The notes under the pieces were generated by a model, which was not told where the DNA came from, ran no database searches, and saw only the letters and a program-made list of their open reading frames with translations. Both the position numbers and the translations under genes were made by a program. Positions 39,706-47,992 of a DNA stretch of 59,782 nucleotides are shown in pieces. Source of the stretch: Patescibacteria group bacterium (GTDB taxonomy: Bacteria; Patescibacteriota; Minisyncoccia; JAHIHE01; JAGLIN01); NCBI GenBank assembly GCA_029210775.1, contig JARGGI010000004.1:1-59782 (forward strand), written 5' to 3'. The first letter of the stretch is position 1. Each line of letters begins with the position of its first letter.

Positions 39706-39726
39706 CCCGTATAATAAAATAAAAAA

Positions 39727-40260
39727 ATGCCAAATAATAATTACAATCCAAAAATTCATCATCGCCGATCAATTAGATTGAAAAATTATGATTATGCCTC
39801 TGATGGCACGTATTTTGCGACAATTTGCACGCAACACAAGGAATATATGTTCGGCAATGTCATTGACGGGAAAATGGTTTTAAATTCGGCGGGGAAAATG
39901 ATTAAAAAATGGCTGTGTGAATTGGAAAATAAATTTAAAAATATTAAACTAAATGAATACATAATAATGCCAAACCATATTCATTTGATAATTTTTATCA
40001 TGGTAGGGGCAAACCTGTGTGTTTGCCCCATTGGCATCCAGCGAATTATTCAATGGCTGAAAACAATGACGACAAATGAATATATTAGGAATGTGAAACA
40101 AAATGATTGGAAACGATTTGATCGGAAATTATGGCAGAAAAATTATTACGACCGTATTATCCGCAACGAGAAAGAATTGGACAAAATCAGAAAATATATC
40201 CTTGAAAATCCGTTGAAATGGGAATTGGACAAAAACAATCTAGAAAATTTGTTTATGTAA
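39727..40260 (+). CDS. REP-associated tyrosine transposase (RAYT), second and unrelated subfamily
   Basis: 177 aa. YDYASDGTYF, HUH motif MPNHIHLII, Tyr context KYILENPLKW. Flanked by three REP doublet units. Carries an internal copy of the REP hairpin at 40006-40029. Confidence 0.75.
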   Translation: MPNNNYNPKIHHRRSIRLKNYDYASDGTYFATICTQHKEYMFGNVIDGKMVLNSAGKMIKKWLCELENKFKNIKLNEYIIMPNHIHLIIFIMVGANLCVCPIGIQRIIQWLKTMTTNEYIRNVKQNDWKRFDRKLWQKNYYDRIIRNEKELDKIRKYILENPLKWELDKNNLENLFM

Positions 40261-40286
40261 ATCCTAAATCGAAATTTACAAACAAA

Positions 40287-40366
40287 CGTGTCGTAGGGAT
40301 AGACCTGTGTGTCTATCCCGAATACACGACAAAACAAAATTCATCCCGTATCAGGGGCAGACTACG
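40287..40366. repeat. REP doublet unit 2 (second hairpin truncated)
   Basis: GGGATAGAC-CTGTGT-GTCTATCCC intact. GGGGCAGAC then continues directly into TACGG, so half of hairpin b is deleted. Confidence 0.75.
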
Positions 40367-40445
40367 GCATAAATTATTCCAAAAACAACAAAACCCATTT
40401 ATTAATCTCATTGATCAAATCCAAGCCAAAAAACCCAACCTAAGT

Positions 40446-40534
40446 GCGGATGTGTTGTAGGGATAGACCTGTGTGTCTATCCTGAATATGCGGCAAAACA
40501 AAATCTATCTCTCAATTAGGGCAGTGCCCCTACG
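40446..40534. repeat. REP doublet unit 3 (second hairpin degenerate)
   Basis: GCGGATGTGTTGTAGGGATAGACCTGTGTGTCTATCC... then ...TAGGGCAGTGCCCCTACG. Confidence 0.7.
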
Positions 40535-40539
40535 ATAAT

Positions 40540-40568
40540 AAAAAGCAGGGCTTTTGTGCCTGCTTTTT
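40540..40568. terminator. Bidirectional intrinsic terminator-like hairpin (AAAAAGCAGG-9 nt-CCTGCTTTTT)
   Basis: Stem AGCAGG/CCTGCT with an A-run on the left and a T-run on the right. Confidence 0.5.
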
Positions 40569-40823
40569 CCGATTGGGGTGGCGTAGTGGAGGACATTAGA
40601 ACTAAATTTGTAAAAATGGCTATAAATAAGAGTTTGTGTGTTCTTGACTTAGGGTAAAAGAGTTTATTTCATAGTACGATTTACTTATATATTCAGAAAA
40701 TCACTAAAATATAATTATATATGAGAACACATAAATCTGAATGAATTAATGTAAATGAAAATTATCATTTGTCTTAAATATTAAATAAATATTATTAAAG
40801 TCAAAATTTAAAACAATAACAAT

Positions 40824-41500
40824 TTATAGTAAGTTTTCTATTTGTCTAATAGTTTTGTTGATAATATAATCAAAATTTTCATCCTTGTTTTCTAAAATCA
40901 AATATGCTTGATTATTATTTTTCTTAAAAGCTCTTATGTATTCTGTTTGAATTTGCTTAATGAAGTGAAGAGTATTTTTTTCACAATTAACACCTCTTTT
41001 TATCATTCTTTTTTCTATATGTTTATTTGAATATGTTAATAAAATAACAAAGTGAGGTAAACCTATTGGTTGGAAGATATTTCAATCCATTTTTCTAAAT
41101 CAAAATTACATGGAATTTGATGTTGTTTTTTAATTCTTAAAAGTTGATAGGTTAAGAATGAATATGGTCCTCTATCAGAAACAATAAACAAATTATTTTT
41201 ATTCTTATTCTGATGCAGAATATCTTCAAATTGATAAACAAAATCAGTTCCAAGCAATAGAGTTTAAGCAAAACTATAAGAAGAATTACCTTCCAAAGAG
41301 AAGAAGTTATTTGTTTTGATATTATTTTTTATTAATAAGCCCGTCTGAAAATCTGAAAATTCTTGGACCGTTATAAAATTATTAAATGATTTAAGCTTGT
41401 TGCTAAGGTTTTGATTTAATTCTTTTATTAAAGAGGTTTTGCCAGTACAATCAGCACCTTCAATACTTAACCAAAAATAATTCTGAGAAATTATCTTTTT
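40824..41500 (-). pseudogene. Thymidylate kinase-like P-loop kinase, decayed (no ATG, in-frame TAA, later frameshift)
   Basis: Minus-strand translation gives ...LSIEGADCTGKTSLIKEL... (P-loop), then ...SYSFA*TLLLGTDF...IVSDRGPYSFLTYQ (DRxxxSxxAYQ-like). A TAG and a frame change follow before the last fragment (40824-41006). Confidence 0.55.
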
Positions 41501-41521
41501 TTCTGTTTTGTTTTTATATTT

Positions 41522-41962
41522 TTATAATTTAACAATTTGTATCAATTTAAAAGCTTTTTTGATTACATTTTTTGTTGATCTTGAGAGTGCGAATTTTTCT
41601 AATTCAGAACAATTAATCCAAGCAAATTTTTGGTGTTCATTGCTTAATTTAATTTTTACAGAGCCCGTAGGTTTTAATAAAAAATTAATTTGAGTGGAGT
41701 CTCTAATCTCTTGTTCATTTTCAATCTGATAATCAAATATTGAACAAGGCATAATGATTTCCACCTCTAAACCTGTTTCTTCTTTCATTTCGCGAAGCAA
41801 AGAATTATAAGAATCTTCCAAGGGTTCTCTTTTCCCGCTAGGTAATTCCCACATATTAGGAAAAATATTCTCATTTTTATGACGCTGTAAAATTAATTTT
41901 TTATTTTTGTTAAAAATAGCACCTCCTAAAACTATTTTTTGAACTATTTTTTTATCACTCAT
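41522..41962 (-). CDS. NUDIX hydrolase
   Basis: Nudix box GKREPLEDSYNSLLREMKEETGLEV (Gx5Ex7REUxEExGU). Confidence 0.8.
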   Translation of the reverse strand: MSDKKIVQKIVLGGAIFNKNKKLILQRHKNENIFPNMWELPSGKREPLEDSYNSLLREMKEETGLEVEIIMPCSIFDYQIENEQEIRDSTQINFLLKPTGSVKIKLSNEHQKFAWINCSELEKFALSRSTKNVIKKAFKLIQIVKL

Positions 41963-42432
41963 AATAAATCTGAATAATTATTAGCAACTTTTTTAATTCC
42001 AGAAATATAGGAATTTACTATTTGAGAATCCTTTTTAAATGCCCAAACAGGTAGTTTGATAGCATTTTGATAAAATTTTTCTGCCGCAGGAAAGTCTCTA
42101 ATCTTATAAGAAAACGGATATTTTTTATAGACAGGAAATAGTGAACAGGGATTTTAAAAAAGTGGTAAAAAATTTAATGGCGAAGTTGATCCAGGACGAT
42201 CAGCTTCCAACAACCCCTCGCATTGTAAAGCATTAAAAAACTTTTCTATAGAAAGATTCTGAACCATTTTTGTGTTATATTGAAAAACAAATCCATACCA
42301 TGCAGGCTCAATTTGAGGATCAAAAAAAGCTGGTGGCAGTGATATTTCTGGCAAATCTTTAATAGTTTTAATTATTTTTTGTGCAAATATTCTTTTTATT
42401 TTTGCAAATGAACGACGATATACATGATTTAA
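41959..42432 (-). pseudogene. C-terminal remnant of a possible DegT/DnrJ/EryC1-type aminotransferase, interrupted by an in-frame TAA
   Basis: The frame reads LNHVYRRSFAKIKRIF...DLPEISLPP...WYGFVFQY...LQCEGLLEADRPG...LPLF*NPCSLFPVYKK...DFPAAEKFYQNAIKLP. There is no N-terminal PLP domain. The stop overlaps the NUDIX ATG (ATGA). The family call is tentative. Confidence 0.3.
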
Positions 42433-42502
42433 TCACAGTGGTTCTAAAATACTAAATATATTATAAAAAACAACCGCTAAGATTAGTGATTATGTTGAGC
42501 TG

Positions 42503-42574
42503 GGTGGCTATCGGGAATCGAACCCGAGACGAGAGGACCACAACCTCTAGTGTTACCATTACACCATAGCCACC
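42503..42574 (-). tRNA. tRNA-His (anticodon GTG) with encoded G-1
   Basis: Minus strand G-GTGGCTA T GGTGT-AATGGTA-ACAC T AGAGG-TTGTGGT-CCTCT CGTC TCGGG-TTCGATT-CCCGA TAGCCAC C. The 8-bp acceptor including G-1:C73 is the tRNA-His hallmark. Confidence 0.9.
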
Positions 42575-42675
42575 ATATTAATTATAAATATTGTTTTTTT
42601 ATTTAAAATCAATCCTTTGACAAGCCTGTCTTCCGACGGGCAGGCTCAGGATGACATATTAAGAACAATATTTTG

Positions 42676-42748
42676 TGGGTCGTAGAGGACTTGAACCTCT
42701 AACCAATTGCTTAAGAGGCAACTGCTCTACCGATTGAGCTAACGACCC
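42676..42748 (-). tRNA. tRNA-Lys (anticodon CTT)
   Basis: Minus strand GGGTCGT TA GCTC-AATCGGTA-GAGC A GTTGC-CTCTTAA-GCAAT TGGTT AGAGG-TTCAAGT-CCTCT ACGACCC A. Confidence 0.9.
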
Positions 42749-42908
42749 TTGATTATTAAATATAAATTATGAAAGAAATTACTTAAGAGTCCCGAGCACT
42801 CGGGATCTACCGATTGAGCTAACGACCCTTGATTATTAAATATAAATTATGAAAGAAATTACTTAAGAGTCCCGAGCACTCGGGATCTACCGATTGAGCT
42901 AACGACCC
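42749..42908 (-). repeat. Two identical 80-bp tandem units, each with a truncated tRNA-Lys 5' half containing a GC-rich hairpin
   Basis: 42749-42828 equals 42829-42908. Each ends (minus-strand 5') with GGGTCGTTAGCTCAATCGGTAGA, identical to tRNA-Lys positions 1-23. TCCCGAGTGCTCGGGA follows in place of GCAGTTGC, then CTCTTAAGTAATT, which matches the anticodon loop region. Confidence 0.9.
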
Positions 42909-42982
42909 GAATAAAACTACAACTAATAACATCTTTTTGAATTTGTTATGAGTTATTTGCTTTTGGTTATAAGATAATTTTG

Positions 42983-43056
42983 TGTACCCGGCAGGAGTCG
43001 AACCCGCAACCTTCTGGTCCGAAGCCAGACGCTCTATCCAATTGAGCTACGGGTAC
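42983..43056 (-). tRNA. tRNA-Arg (anticodon TCG)
   Basis: Minus strand GTACCCG TA GCTC-AATTGGATA-GAGC G TCTGG-CTTCGGA-CCAGA AGGTT GCGGG-TTCGACT-CCTGC CGGGTAC A. Confidence 0.9.
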
Positions 43057-43151
43057 GTAATAATAAATTTCAATAATATTATAATCTATTAATATTAAAG
43101 AAAGTTTAAACACTTTTTACTATAAGAGTATATATGATAATACAAAAAATA

Positions 43152-43757
43152 TCAAGAGTGATTGTTGTAATACGGTTTTTCAAGAATATTTACTCCTAAT
43201 TTAATAAGATGATTATAAATTTTGTTCATTGGAAGCCCAATAATTGCCGTGTCGTTTCCTCTTATTTTTTCAACAAAAACTGATCCAAGCCCTTCTATGG
43301 TATAGGCTGGGGCTTTGAATAATGGTTCTCCAGTTTTGACATAACAGTCAATTTCTTTTTGAGATAGTCTTTTAATCCAAACTTCAGATATATCATAATC
43401 AGAAATAATTTTATTGTTTTGTGTATCAACAATAGCAATTCCTGTAATAAGTTTATGTTTTCTTCCGCTTATTAATTTTAGGGCTTTTTTTGCTTCAATT
43501 GGAGTTTTTGCTTGGCCGATTAACTTCCTGTCAATTATTCCGAATGTGTCTGCTCCAATAATAATGGCATTCTTGTGCTTTTGAGCAACAGCTTGAGCTT
43601 TTCCGAGAGCAATTTTTTGAGCAAGTTTGTGCATTGGTAATTTTTCTCTCATATCTTCATTATAGTTACTCTTTTCAGTTTCAAAATTAAAACCAAGTGA
43701 TTTTATTAGTTTTTTTCTACTTTTAGAGCCGGAGGCAAGAATTATTTTTCTTTTCAT
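43152..43757 (-). CDS. maf: Maf-like nucleoside triphosphate pyrophosphatase
   Basis: ILASGSKSRKKLI N-terminus, ...IIGADT..., length 201 aa. Typical Maf/YhdE family. Confidence 0.85.
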   Translation of the reverse strand: MKRKIILASGSKSRKKLIKSLGFNFETEKSNYNEDMREKLPMHKLAQKIALGKAQAVAQKHKNAIIIGADTFGIIDRKLIGQAKTPIEAKKALKLISGRKHKLITGIAIVDTQNNKIISDYDISEVWIKRLSQKEIDCYVKTGEPLFKAPAYTIEGLGSVFVEKIRGNDTAIIGLPMNKIYNHLIKLGVNILEKPYYNNHS

Positions 43758-43874
43758 AAGTCAGTATAAGGATAATTTTAAAATCTTCTAGGTATTATAA
43801 AATTTTGTTTTGTGCAAAGTAGTTACGGCATTGCCATGTCGTTTCACTCCTCGCAATGACAGATATAATTGAAA

Positions 43875-45599
43875 TTACTCTAATGGATTTTTGTGAGGAT
43901 ATAAGTCGGGAGATTTGTATATGCTATAGAATTTATCTTCAAACAGAAGCTCTTCGTTTTTATCATAAACTTGTTGAGTCCATATAGATTTCATTGACCC
44001 GTCAGGTTTTTTGTCATATATATATGGTCCAATTAATTTTACTTCTCTGCCGTCATCAGAACCATAAAAATCAAAGTAAAGTTTATTTCCGATAATTCTT
44101 GTTTGAATCAAAATGTATGCCGGGGTATTGTTTTTAAATCTTAAATCTGGGTGTGGGGGATATATCGTTGCATCTGTTCCTTGGGGACTATAATATCCAA
44201 CTGGATAAGCATGATTTTTTCTCTCAGTGATTTCGAGGCCCGCTTTAACTGCTGCTCGAAAGGCGGTTGTTGAAACCTGACATAATCCTCCACCATATTC
44301 TGGAACAGTTTCTCCTTTTTTAATTACAAGCTCCGGAAGATATCCTTCTCTTGCGCCAACTTCTCCTAAAACTTCGTTAAATGAAAACTCATCATCTGGT
44401 CCGATTAAAATTCCTTGAAACTTTCCAGCACCAACTGCGATATTGTGTCTTCTGTTTTTTGGGGAACCCGAGAAGTTTGATTCTCCAGTTGCAAGAAGCG
44501 AAGTGATTCCCATATTATCAATGCTTTCAGTTGTTATTTCAGGTTGAATTTTTTTAGTAATCATTTGGATTTCAATTTCCACTTCTTTGTTGTCAGAATA
44601 GTTTTCTTGAACGAATACATTTTTTCTAATTTCATCAATGCTTTTCTCAATTTGAAGCGCAATTCCTTCTTGACTTAAAGAAAACATTTCAATTTTACCT
44701 TTTTTAAAATCAAGCTGAGCATTGACTGGTTCACTGTTAATTTGTGGAACAAGAGTTAAAAGATAGTCGTTTAGTTTTTCTTTGTCTAGTTCTATTTCTA
44801 ACATCAAATTATTTGTTGCAATGAATTTAATCCACAAAGCAAAATCTTCTTTTTGAACTTTCCAGTCGCTTGAGTTATATTTCAAAACGATTTTCTTCGT
44901 CAATAAATTGTTGGCATGCATAAGAGCTGTCTTATCCTTATCTTTGTCTACCTTTGGATTTTCTTCAATAAGGTTAATGTTGATTGTCTTATTGTCAAAA
45001 TTAACGATATTTTTTGAAATGAGTTTTATTAATTCATTTTTGTCTATAACTATTCCTTTTTTTGCGCTAATTGGGACAAATTCATCTTTTTCAAATTTGT
45101 AATTGAAATTTCTTGATGGATCTTCAATTTCTGACATTGACTTTTTGATATATGTTTCAAATTTTTCTTTGTTAATTTCAGGAACAATCCAAAGATTAAT
45201 CTTATTTCCTTTTAAATTTATTTGGTCCTTCAAATTTTGAAATACGCTATCTTTGTGTCCAAAAGCATAAGCATTTGAAATTATTTTTTTTGTATCTATG
45301 TTTATTCCAATTTCTGAAAGTGGCGCATTATAGGATTTTTCCATATAAATAAAATTAATCCCATTTTCGTTAAAATCCTTTATTCTGTTTTCAATTTTAT
45401 CAATTGCTTGCTGTTGTGTGAGACCTGAATAACTTTCTGTATTTATATATATATTTGGAAGAATTTTATCTTTATATTTATAATTCAAAAAAGCAACAAT
45501 ACCAAGCGTAATTACGATTAAGAATATTATAATTGAAAATATAATTTTCTTTGATTCTGTTTCTTTTTTTGAGGATTTTTCTTTGATTATTTTATTCAT
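43875..45599 (-). CDS. VanW family protein (membrane-anchored)
   Basis: N-terminal TM. C-terminal VanW core GGGLCQVSTTAFRAAVKAGLEITERKNHAYPVGYY. Confidence 0.75.
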   Translation of the reverse strand: MNKIIKEKSSKKETESKKIIFSIIIFLIVITLGIVAFLNYKYKDKILPNIYINTESYSGLTQQQAIDKIENRIKDFNENGINFIYMEKSYNAPLSEIGINIDTKKIISNAYAFGHKDSVFQNLKDQINLKGNKINLWIVPEINKEKFETYIKKSMSEIEDPSRNFNYKFEKDEFVPISAKKGIVIDKNELIKLISKNIVNFDNKTININLIEENPKVDKDKDKTALMHANNLLTKKIVLKYNSSDWKVQKEDFALWIKFIATNNLMLEIELDKEKLNDYLLTLVPQINSEPVNAQLDFKKGKIEMFSLSQEGIALQIEKSIDEIRKNVFVQENYSDNKEVEIEIQMITKKIQPEITTESIDNMGITSLLATGESNFSGSPKNRRHNIAVGAGKFQGILIGPDDEFSFNEVLGEVGAREGYLPELVIKKGETVPEYGGGLCQVSTTAFRAAVKAGLEITERKNHAYPVGYYSPQGTDATIYPPHPDLRFKNNTPAYILIQTRIIGNKLYFDFYGSDDGREVKLIGPYIYDKKPDGSMKSIWTQQVYDKNEELLFEDKFYSIYKSPDLYPHKNPLE

Positions 45600-45695
45600 G
45601 AATTTTTATTGCTAAAATTATTTTTTCATTTTAAAGCATTTTTCATTTTGTTTGGTTTTAAGTGAAAAGAATGATGTTTTAAAATCTATATCGTT

Positions 45696-46166
45696 CTATC
45701 TTTGTTCTATCTCATTTTCAACTATCTTGCTAATAATATCAAACGAAAATCCTCTTGATTGCAGATATGAACATATTTTTTGATTTGTTTTCTTTTTGTC
45801 TGTCTTGTCGCTCAAGATTTGTAATTTATTTTTTGCTAATTTTTTTGCTGAGTCTATTTCCCTTTCTTCATTTATCAATTCTTCTATTTTTCTATTTATA
45901 ATGTCTTCTTCGATTCCTCTTTCTTTTAACTCTTTTTTAATCAAGAATTTTCCGCAAGGTCTAAAATTTATTCTGTCATTAATATAACTTTCCGTGAATA
46001 GTTCATCGTTAATGTATTTATAATTTTTTAATTCGTCCAGGACTTCCTTGATAATCTCGTTTTTATATTCTTTTTTCTTTAATCTTTCGGTGATTTCAAA
46101 AACTGATCTTTGTCGAAGGCTTATAAGTTTCATCGCAAATTTTAGGGCGTTGTTTTTTTCATTCAT
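45696..46166 (-). CDS. recX: RecX family regulatory protein
   Basis: 156 aa. Three tandem helical repeats (ALKLISLRQRSVFEI..., YINDELF..., ICSYLQSRGFSFDII) as in RecX. Confidence 0.65.
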   Translation of the reverse strand: MNEKNNALKFAMKLISLRQRSVFEITERLKKKEYKNEIIKEVLDELKNYKYINDELFTESYINDRINFRPCGKFLIKKELKERGIEEDIINRKIEELINEEREIDSAKKLAKNKLQILSDKTDKKKTNQKICSYLQSRGFSFDIISKIVENEIEQR

Positions 46167-46229
46167 ATTATACTAAGTTTATCAAATAATCTAAATAAAG
46201 CCAATATAGAGTAAAATAAAAAGGGGTTT

Positions 46230-46841
46230 TTAGTCCCTTTTGTCATAAAAGTCATATATTGAATTTACAATAAAGTTGTAAAAATCATCAATATTAACTT
46301 TGACATTTAAATCGCAAACTTTTATAACTCCTGTTGAATTGTTAAATTCATAACTTAAATTTTCATTATCAACCAAGATTTTGGCAAAGTTTTTTCTGTT
46401 TTCATTGTTTTCTATCCAAATTAGACAAAAAGTTTTTTCTCTTGAGAATTTAAAAAGTAGAGAGACTTCATGATTTTTTATTATATAATTCGGGAGGAAT
46501 GCAGAAGAAATAAATATTTGTATTTTTGTGCCGTCCTCTGGAAGTATCACTTCTTCTTCAACTTTCAAAACTCTGATTGTGTATATTTCAACTCCATCTT
46601 CTGTTGTTAGAGGTTTCCTTTTTTCCCACTCTTCAATTGAAGATTCAATAATAAAATATGAACCTTTTGAAATTGGGCAATAGCAACCTGGTGAATTATC
46701 AGGAATCAAAAGTATCGGTTCCTTGTTGTTTGGTCTTATGTAATCTGCGATTATAGAATTATTTTTAAACGGATTTTTTCTAAAGTATATTCTTGTAATT
46801 CTTCTTTCATGAGGATTTTCATGTTTTTTGTCTGTTGTCAA
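46230..46841 (-). CDS. Hypothetical protein, paralog of ORF 46960-47865
   Basis: TTG start with SD AAGGAGTG 6 nt upstream. Shares blocks with the neighbour: RITRIYFRKN / GIIWLNFFEKK, ILLIPDNSPG / LLLPHPCLHPG, GTKIQIF / GTKIIII, FCLIWIENNENRKNFAKIL / CHFIWIKDEKKRAAVLHSL. Confidence 0.6.
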   Translation of the reverse strand: MTTDKKHENPHERRITRIYFRKNPFKNNSIIADYIRPNNKEPILLIPDNSPGCYCPISKGSYFIIESSIEEWEKRKPLTTEDGVEIYTIRVLKVEEEVILPEDGTKIQIFISSAFLPNYIIKNHEVSLLFKFSREKTFCLIWIENNENRKNFAKILVDNENLSYEFNNSTGVIKVCDLNVKVNIDDFYNFIVNSIYDFYDKRD

Positions 46842-46959
46842 TTATTTCACTCCTTTTTGATTTTGTGTTTTTATTATAAAAGAACTCTATGTTGGAATTG
46901 TATGACTAAAAATGGGATTGGTCAAGAGGGGCGTGTTTAGATAAAAAAATGGGAGATTA

Positions 46960-47865
46960 CTATGTAACTCCCATTGTTATTATTTGTTGTCCATTACTTT
47001 TTTGAATCACTGTGCCAGCTTTCTCTATTAGCTGACTAAGCGGTTTGTCAAATGCATTTGAAACAATCTCAATGATTTCGTTTTTTCCGAGCATTGAATA
47101 TTCCGGTGGTTTTAACATCCCGCTTTTTCTGTGTGTCCATGAATTTTTTGTTCCTTGTGTAGTTTTTTCTGCGTGATTTAAAGAATGCAGAACAGCTGCT
47201 CTCTTTTTCTCATCTTTAATCCAAATAAAATGGCACTTGTTATTTTTTAACATAATTACCACTTTATTCGTTTTTCCTTTTGCCCTGTCATAACCAATTG
47301 ACACCTCTGAATCTATGATGATTATTTTGGTGCCATTTACACTTTCAGTCTTCGCTTTAAAGTTCAAAGCTAAAACGGTATAAACATCTCCGAAGTGTTT
47401 TGTGGTGAAGAGTGGTTTATCACCAGGATGAAGACATGGGTGGGGCAATAGAAGTTGTGGCTTATGTCCATCCCTGTCAGGAACTACAAAAGTTCCATTG
47501 TGAGATGCCACGATTTGCGGTCCTCGCTGATTCAATTTTTTCTCAAAAAAATTTAACCAAATTATACCTCTACTATTTCCAGTAGTTTTACGACCGTCTT
47601 TGTCGAATTCGTTGTTCCGACTGTTGCTGGAAAAGTTTGGATTTGTCTCCCTTTTTTCTGTTACTGGCACAATTTTTTGTTGCTGTTCTTCTGGTTTTGG
47701 ATAATCTTGCATTTTGCAATTTACTATTCTCACCGTTGATCCTGTAATTGTAACCCCCTTTTTTTTCTTCAATTCCCGAAGTTCTTGTCTCTTTTTTTCT
47801 GCTGCTTTTTGATGTCTTGCTTGATCTGCTTTTTTGCTTTTGCTTGGTTCTTTCTTCTTGTTCAT
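46960..47865 (-). CDS. Hypothetical protein with Lys/Arg-rich N-terminal tail, paralog of ORF 46230-46841
   Basis: 301 aa. SD GAGGTG 7 nt upstream of the ATG. The first ~45 aa are highly basic (KKKEPSKSKKADQARHQKAAEKKRQELRELKKKKG). Visibly higher GC than its neighbours. Confidence 0.6.
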   Translation of the reverse strand: MNKKKEPSKSKKADQARHQKAAEKKRQELRELKKKKGVTITGSTVRIVNCKMQDYPKPEEQQQKIVPVTEKRETNPNFSSNSRNNEFDKDGRKTTGNSRGIIWLNFFEKKLNQRGPQIVASHNGTFVVPDRDGHKPQLLLPHPCLHPGDKPLFTTKHFGDVYTVLALNFKAKTESVNGTKIIIIDSEVSIGYDRAKGKTNKVVIMLKNNKCHFIWIKDEKKRAAVLHSLNHAEKTTQGTKNSWTHRKSGMLKPPEYSMLGKNEIIEIVSNAFDKPLSQLIEKAGTVIQKSNGQQIITMGVT

Positions 47866-47992
47866 ACTTTTTCACCTCTGTTGTTTTACTATAATTCCCT
47901 TTAATTTCCGCAGGGCATCTGCATAAAACAGTTAAGTTAACTATGTTTATACAAGTATCCTACGGAAATTGTTTGTAAAAGATCAACTCAAA

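Noticed and set aside
40218-40460. 80-aa ORF on the + strand downstream of RAYT-2
   Set aside because: It overlaps the RAYT 3' end and is mostly a translation of REP units 2 and 3 (VVGIDLCVYPEY...). It has no SD and no independent coding signal.
42749-42908. Possible CRISPR-like array (regular 80-bp period with a palindromic GC-rich core)
   Set aside because: The two units are identical over their full length, so there are no unique spacers. They are tRNA-Lys derived, and no cas genes are present. The REP units at 39606-40534 likewise lack repeat-spacer regularity.
47588-47875. 95-aa Lys/Arg/Ser-rich ORF on the - strand overlapping the start of ORF 46960-47865
   Set aside because: It is an alternative frame of the same A/G-rich region. 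The 301-aa frame has a correctly spaced SD (GAGGTG) and continues into the conserved paralogous domain.
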